Of a stretch of 64,000 nucleotides of DNA, positions 60,651 through 64,000 are shown in pieces. The DNA comes from a virus, in IMG/VR virus record IMGVR_UViG_3300050821_006345, positions 68,192 through 132,191 of that record; one strand, 5' to 3'. A program made the position numbers and the translations under genes. Each line of letters starts with the position of its first letter. Within the stretch, counting starts at the first letter, position 1. Under the pieces are notes generated by a model, which did no database searches, was not told the DNA's origin, and saw only the letters and a list, made by a program, of their open reading frames with translations.

Positions 60651-61051
60651 TGGAGGAGATGACGAGAGTCGAACTCGTGTCGAATGTTAATACTGCGCCA
60701 CTTCTATATGCTTTTCAGATTTTGTTCATCCCGACTTGATCCGCATCAAGTTGTCCGGGCAGTCGGCGTTAACCAGCCGTTGGCCGACCCTACTTTTGCT
60801 AGAGTCCACACCGCCCTGCTGGTTTCGTCGCTTCGCATAAGCAGGAGTCCTGCGGGCGACGGACTGGCACTTTAGGCCAATGCTGCTTCACCGCACGTGG
60901 CGGGTGTTCCGAAGAACTCCGCAACGCGGGCGAAGGCGCTATGAATCATCGTAGCATTTGTGTTTTGATGCGAATGATTAACGAGGCCAACGCATCGTCC
61001 TCGGCATATGGCGAACACAATGGTTATCATCCTCGATACCTTTGCATCCCC
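60651..61051 (-). ncRNA. ssrA: tmRNA
   Basis: 5' GGGGATG..AGG.ATCGA; 3' GACACGAGTTCGACTCTCGTCATCTCCTCCA with G3:U70; pk1 (CCGAGG/CCTCG, GATGCG/CGCATC); tag ORF 60955-60872 ending EAALA. Confidence 0.9.
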
Positions 61052-61531
61052 GTAAATTCTTAAATCACCTTCAGCGGCTTGTTTTCCATGTGGCCGAAAC
61101 ATCCGAACACATCCTGCTGCGGGATTGAAAACGAAAACACCTCGTCGCTGTCCGTGTGAATGGCGGCATTGACCATGTTCGGCATCGCCTTTAGCTTGGC
61201 TTTGGCCGATGCAAAATCAGGAGCATCAACGGCGACTCCGTGGACACTCATCGTTACAGTGCCGTTAAGTATGGATTCTGTAAGCAGGAACATCATGGCG
61301 TTGATCCTAAATAATTCCGCTTCAAAAAGCGAGCGGATTCTTTGGCCGATTTCACCACTTGATGCGGAGTCAGGTCGTCAAACCGTCCACCGCAGTCGTC
61401 CTTGTCAGACTTCAGATTAAACATGGTCGGTGTGGAGCTTGGCGCATTGCACTGGCGCACAAACTCGGCCTTGTCCTTCTTGGACAATTTCACCCAACCC
61501 TTCGGATATTTTGCTTTGCTCATAATTCAAA

Positions 61532-61620
61532 TGGCGGAAGCCGCAAGTCCTGCCCTCGATGCCGTTTCCGGCACAATCGGTGTAGCACACCGCTCCAGTC
61601 CTCGACATGGTTCAGCTTCC
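61532..61620 (-). tRNA. 8/4 allo-tRNA-like tRNA-Ser(GCT)
   Basis: 8-bp acceptor GGAAGCTG/CGGCTTCC, 4-bp T stem, extended D stem, V-arm GTGCCG-GAAA-CGGCAT, G73-CCA. Confidence 0.8.
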
Positions 61621-61654
61621 ATTAAATTCATTTTGATAAATTGGCCGCGCGAAG

Positions 61655-62023
61655 TCAACACGGAAGAACGATCTTCAGGCCGGCCTTGATTGCCACCGAA
61701 ACCATGTTTTTAGAACCGGGTGATTCACCGTTCCAGAAACAAACCAACGCTCCAGCATATTCGGATATTTCAGCGGCGTAGGCTGCCATCGCCTCGTTTC
61801 GCATCGGGCCAGCGGCCTTGCCATACCGATCCCAATCCGGTAAAAATCGCTTCACCGGAATGCCGCGCTGCCTCGCCCATTCCTCGCCGATTGCGTCCGA
61901 TCCTTTTGCGCCGCCGGAAATCACTTCCACTATCTTGAAGTCCAGCGCATCGAGGGCGTCAAAGGCGAACTGTGTGTCGACGAACGAGCGTGACCCGGCG
62001 ATTATGCACTTGTATTCTTTCAT
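61655..62023 (-). CDS. SLOG/YspA (DUF2493) family protein
   Basis: IIAGSR, VISGGAKGSD, AGPMRN..M and GS.NM motifs. Confidence 0.85.
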   Translation of the reverse strand: MKEYKCIIAGSRSFVDTQFAFDALDALDFKIVEVISGGAKGSDAIGEEWARQRGIPVKRFLPDWDRYGKAAGPMRNEAMAAYAAEISEYAGALVCFWNGESPGSKNMVSVAIKAGLKIVLPC

Positions 62024-62027
62024 AGAT

Positions 62028-62117
62028 TGGTGGCATCGGTGGTGCTTGCAACCACAACAAGGCTTTCGCCTACAACTTGGTTTGAGCAAGTTAGGTATCC
62101 ATTCCCGTCACGATGCC
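62028..62117 (-). tRNA. tRNA-Leu(CAA)
   Basis: ACTTG-CTCAAAC-CAAGT anticodon arm; long V-arm; A73-CCA. Confidence 0.85.
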
Positions 62118-62123
62118 GAAAAG

Positions 62124-62206
62124 TGGCCTATAAAAGATTTGCACTTTTAAGGACAAGCCGTTTTAAGTGGCTCGCTTCTGCTGGTTTCGCTTTCGTCCAA
62201 TAGGCC
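62124..62206 (-). tRNA. tRNA-Leu(TAA), atypical architecture, no encoded CCA
   Basis: GGCCTAT/ATAGGCC-A acceptor; loop CTTAAAA; extra GGAC/GTCC helix. Confidence 0.65.
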
Positions 62207-62211
62207 GTAAA

Positions 62212-62297
62212 TGGTGGTCGTGGAAAGACTTGCACTTTCAATAGGATTGCTCCTGAACGCCCCTCAAGCGTTTGCGTCTACATTGCGCCACACGACC
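62212..62297 (-). tRNA. tRNA-Leu(GAG)
   Basis: AACGC-TTGAGGG-GCGTT anticodon arm; V-arm AGGA-GCAA-TCCT; A73-CCA. Confidence 0.85.
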
Positions 62298-62298
62298 G

Positions 62299-62380
62299 TC
62301 GCTTCGGCAGAACTCGCATCTGCAATCCTTTCGGAATATGCTCCTGAAGCATACGCGCTTACTGATTTCGCCACGAAGCG
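62299..62380 (-). tRNA. tRNA-Leu(CAG), no encoded CCA
   Basis: TATGC-TTCAGGA-GCATA anticodon arm; V-arm TCC-GAAA-GGA; A73. Confidence 0.85.
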
Positions 62381-62386
62381 GAAAAT

Positions 62387-62462
62387 TGGTAGCGACGGAG
62401 GCGGTTGCAGCCCCATACACGATGCCCTAAACATCGTTGCGTTTCTATTAGCATACGTCGCC
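62387..62462 (-). tRNA. tRNA-Leu(TAG) with short variable loop
   Basis: CGATG-TTTAGGG-CATCG anticodon arm; 5-nt V loop; A73-CCA. Confidence 0.75.
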
Positions 62463-62517
62463 GACAAAATCGGTAAAATTATTCCTCACCACTCTCTTTC
62501 CTGTGGCACTTTGTTCA

Positions 62518-62820
62518 ATGGCCGTTTCCCGCGTCATCTTCAAAAGACCAAAAGTCGTGTATAAGCACATCCGGGAGATGGGAGTCGTTGGCCTCGCCTA
62601 CAACGACCGGCAGGACGACAAATACGGAACGGTGGAGGTTGATCCCCGTCAGTCCGATGCCGAATTCATAAAAACAACGGTGCATGAGCTGCTCCATTGG
62701 CACTTCCCAGACTTAACCGAGCGGCAGGTCGTTAAAATGGAGAAGGCGTTCGGCAAAAAAGTGTGGAACGCGGTTAGCCGGTTAAGGCGGAAGTGGAATA
62801 AGGCGAGCCTGCCAAGATAA
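62518..62820 (+). CDS. Small HExxH metallopeptidase-like protein
   Basis: VEVDPRQ...TTVHELLH motif. Confidence 0.65.
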   Translation: MAVSRVIFKRPKVVYKHIREMGVVGLAYNDRQDDKYGTVEVDPRQSDAEFIKTTVHELLHWHFPDLTERQVVKMEKAFGKKVWNAVSRLRRKWNKASLPR

Positions 62821-62875
62821 TTGCAATCTTCCCACCGATTTACGAAATCGGATTGTGCGCGTGCGGCAGGCAAAA

Positions 62876-62962
62876 TGGTGCAACCGAGGAGACTCGCACT
62901 CCTGATGGACTTTCGTCGTCGGCTTAAGAGGCCGTTCCGTTCGCTGCTCCGGGCACGATTGC
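62876..62962 (-). tRNA. tRNA-Lys(CTT) with long variable arm
   Basis: CGGC-CTCTTAA-GCCG anticodon arm; V-arm GAC-GAAA-GTC; A73-CCA. Confidence 0.8.
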
Positions 62963-62969
62963 AAAAGGA

Positions 62970-63057
62970 TGGTTCTTGCGGTGGGACTCGCACCCACGGT
63001 GGCATATTATGCGTCGGATTAAAAGTCCGGTCGAATCGCTACTCTCGGCACGCAAGA
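62970..63057 (-). tRNA. tRNA-Lys(TTT) with long variable arm
   Basis: CGGA-CTTTTAA-TCCG anticodon arm; V-arm GCAT-AAT-ATGC; A73-CCA. Confidence 0.8.
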
Positions 63058-63064
63058 ATGAAAT

Positions 63065-63134
63065 TGGTCGCTGCTATGGAAATCGCATCCATCTTGACGG
63101 CGTATGAAACCATCGTGTTCCTAGAACCGCAGCG
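63065..63134 (-). tRNA. tRNA with CAT anticodon (Met or Ile2), shortened D arm
   Basis: CGCTGC/GCAGCG-ACCA acceptor; GTTC-TAG-GAAC D arm; loop TTCATAC; T-loop TGCGATT. Confidence 0.65.
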
Positions 63135-63512
63135 GAAAGATTTGTGGGCGCGATAGTTTCGCCACAGCTCATTTAAGATAACCGCCGGACTTTCACCGGA
63201 ACTCCCACGAAATTAAGCGCCGACGTGATGCTATTTCACTACATCGCAAATGGGCTTTATGTTTCCAATGCCTCACGCGCACTTATGATGGAGTGCGAAG
63301 GATGCAAACGATGGCCGGTTATGCTCCGGCGTCTGCGGCTAAATCTATGGAGCCTGCACAGGGACGTCCGCCCTGCTCTCATCCTTACCGAGGACGCGCG
63401 TCGGTATCTACGCTTTACAGGCAAAGTGGTGGTGCGGAAACTGGGAGTTTCGCCCAGACAGACTGCTTGGAAGGCAGTCATGCTCAATTGACATCATTTC
63501 CGCATTAAAATA

Positions 63513-63586
63513 TGGAGGCCAACTCAGGACTTCCACCTGATACGCTTCGTTTGCTGCGAAGCCGCTCGTGTCTTTGCTTGTCGGCC
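63513..63586 (-). tRNA. tRNA-Cys(GCA), non-canonical elbow and A33
   Basis: GGCCGAC/GTTGGCC-TCCA acceptor (U73); CTTCG-CAGCAAA-CGAAG anticodon arm; T-loop TGGAAGT. Confidence 0.75.
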
Positions 63587-63679
63587 AAAAGTGTTCCGAT
63601 ATTTCCCGCCTCGGATTTACGCGAATTATTCATGCCTTTCGGCAACTCGCGAGGGCGCAGTCTCCATTGCTGGAGAAGT

Positions 63680-63754
63680 TGGGGCGAACGACGCTGCTTG
63701 CAAGCGCATAGGCGACCTTCACGGGGTCGGGCATTACGTTATGCTACGTTCGCC
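63680..63754 (-). tRNA. tRNA-His(GTG) with G-1:C73 and C33
   Basis: GGCGAACG/CGTTCGCC-CCA acceptor; CGACC-CCGTGAA-GGTCG anticodon arm; T-loop TGCAAGC. Confidence 0.8.
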
Positions 63755-64000
63755 ATCAAAATTGAAACGCCGCTCCCGTGACACCACGGGCATATTATTT
63801 GTGCGACAGAAGCAATTTTCTGCCAGCGGCTAAAATTCTAAACTATGGCCTTCCGCATCTGGTCAAACAGCGAGTGGCCGACATCCGGTGGCACTGGCTC
63901 TCTGCTCTCTGTTGGTCTGGCAGTTAAAAATGGGTTGGTCGGGGTCACCGTCCACGGACTCCACCGAGCGATTATCGCTTCAGGAAAGCATTTGTCCGGT

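Noticed and set aside
61532-61620. Selenocysteine tRNA (selC)
   Set aside because: The anticodon is GCT, not TCA, and the fold is 8/4 rather than 8/5.
62387-62462. Suppressor tRNAs (anticodons written TAG and TAA)
   Set aside because: These anticodons read CUA and UUA Leu codons, not stop codons.
63180-63212. Cobalamin riboswitch (GGGAGTTCCGGTGAAAGTCCGG)
   Set aside because: No B12 box or remaining helices and no relevant downstream gene; only a T-loop-like hairpin matches.
59039-63833. Short ORFs such as 59039..59245, 59247..59627, 62211..62564, 62821..63156, 63512..63781 and 63591..63833
   Set aside because: They overlap tRNA genes and have no protein-like motifs.
1-64000. CRISPR array, integrase or transposase, reverse transcriptase/DGR
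   Set aside because: No regularly spaced repeats and no recognisable recombinase, DDE transposase or YxDD reverse transcriptase motifs were seen, so neither Mu-style transposition nor prophage status is supported here.

Overview
This window is part of a large tailed dsDNA phage genome, mostly encoded on the minus strand. The likely host is Verrucomicrobiota, inferred from a host-like DnaB N-terminus and TN-rich secreted proteins. Positions 1-23.6 kb carry tail and receptor genes and a Mu-like head module (gp36/DUF1320 adaptor, major capsid, cement, scaffold, gpI-like protease), with the DUF935 portal displaced to 42-44 kb. The middle holds replication and modification genes: an SF2 helicase, RusA-like resolvase, DnaB, initiator, OB-fold SSB and four methyltransferase loci. 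About a dozen free-standing endonucleases (HNH, GIY-YIG, Vsr-like) are scattered throughout, plus an RNA ligase and an RNase H. The right end has an amidoligase/GGCT/alanine racemase/GATase cluster, a tmRNA and 15 hand-folded tRNA genes. The main surprises are four. (1) All 15 tRNAs lack the TTC T-loop (all have G55), with compensatory D-loop changes, swapped variable-arm classes and one 8/4 allo-tRNA. (2) Head-region proteins are punctuated by a hydrophobic-x-Asn motif and shared peptide tags, suggesting protease-processed capsid cargo polyproteins. (3) A ~445-nt pseudoknotted ncRNA candidate lies next to the RNase H gene. (4) A phage amidoligase cluster includes an alanine racemase. All calls come from motif recognition and manual folding; no searches were run.
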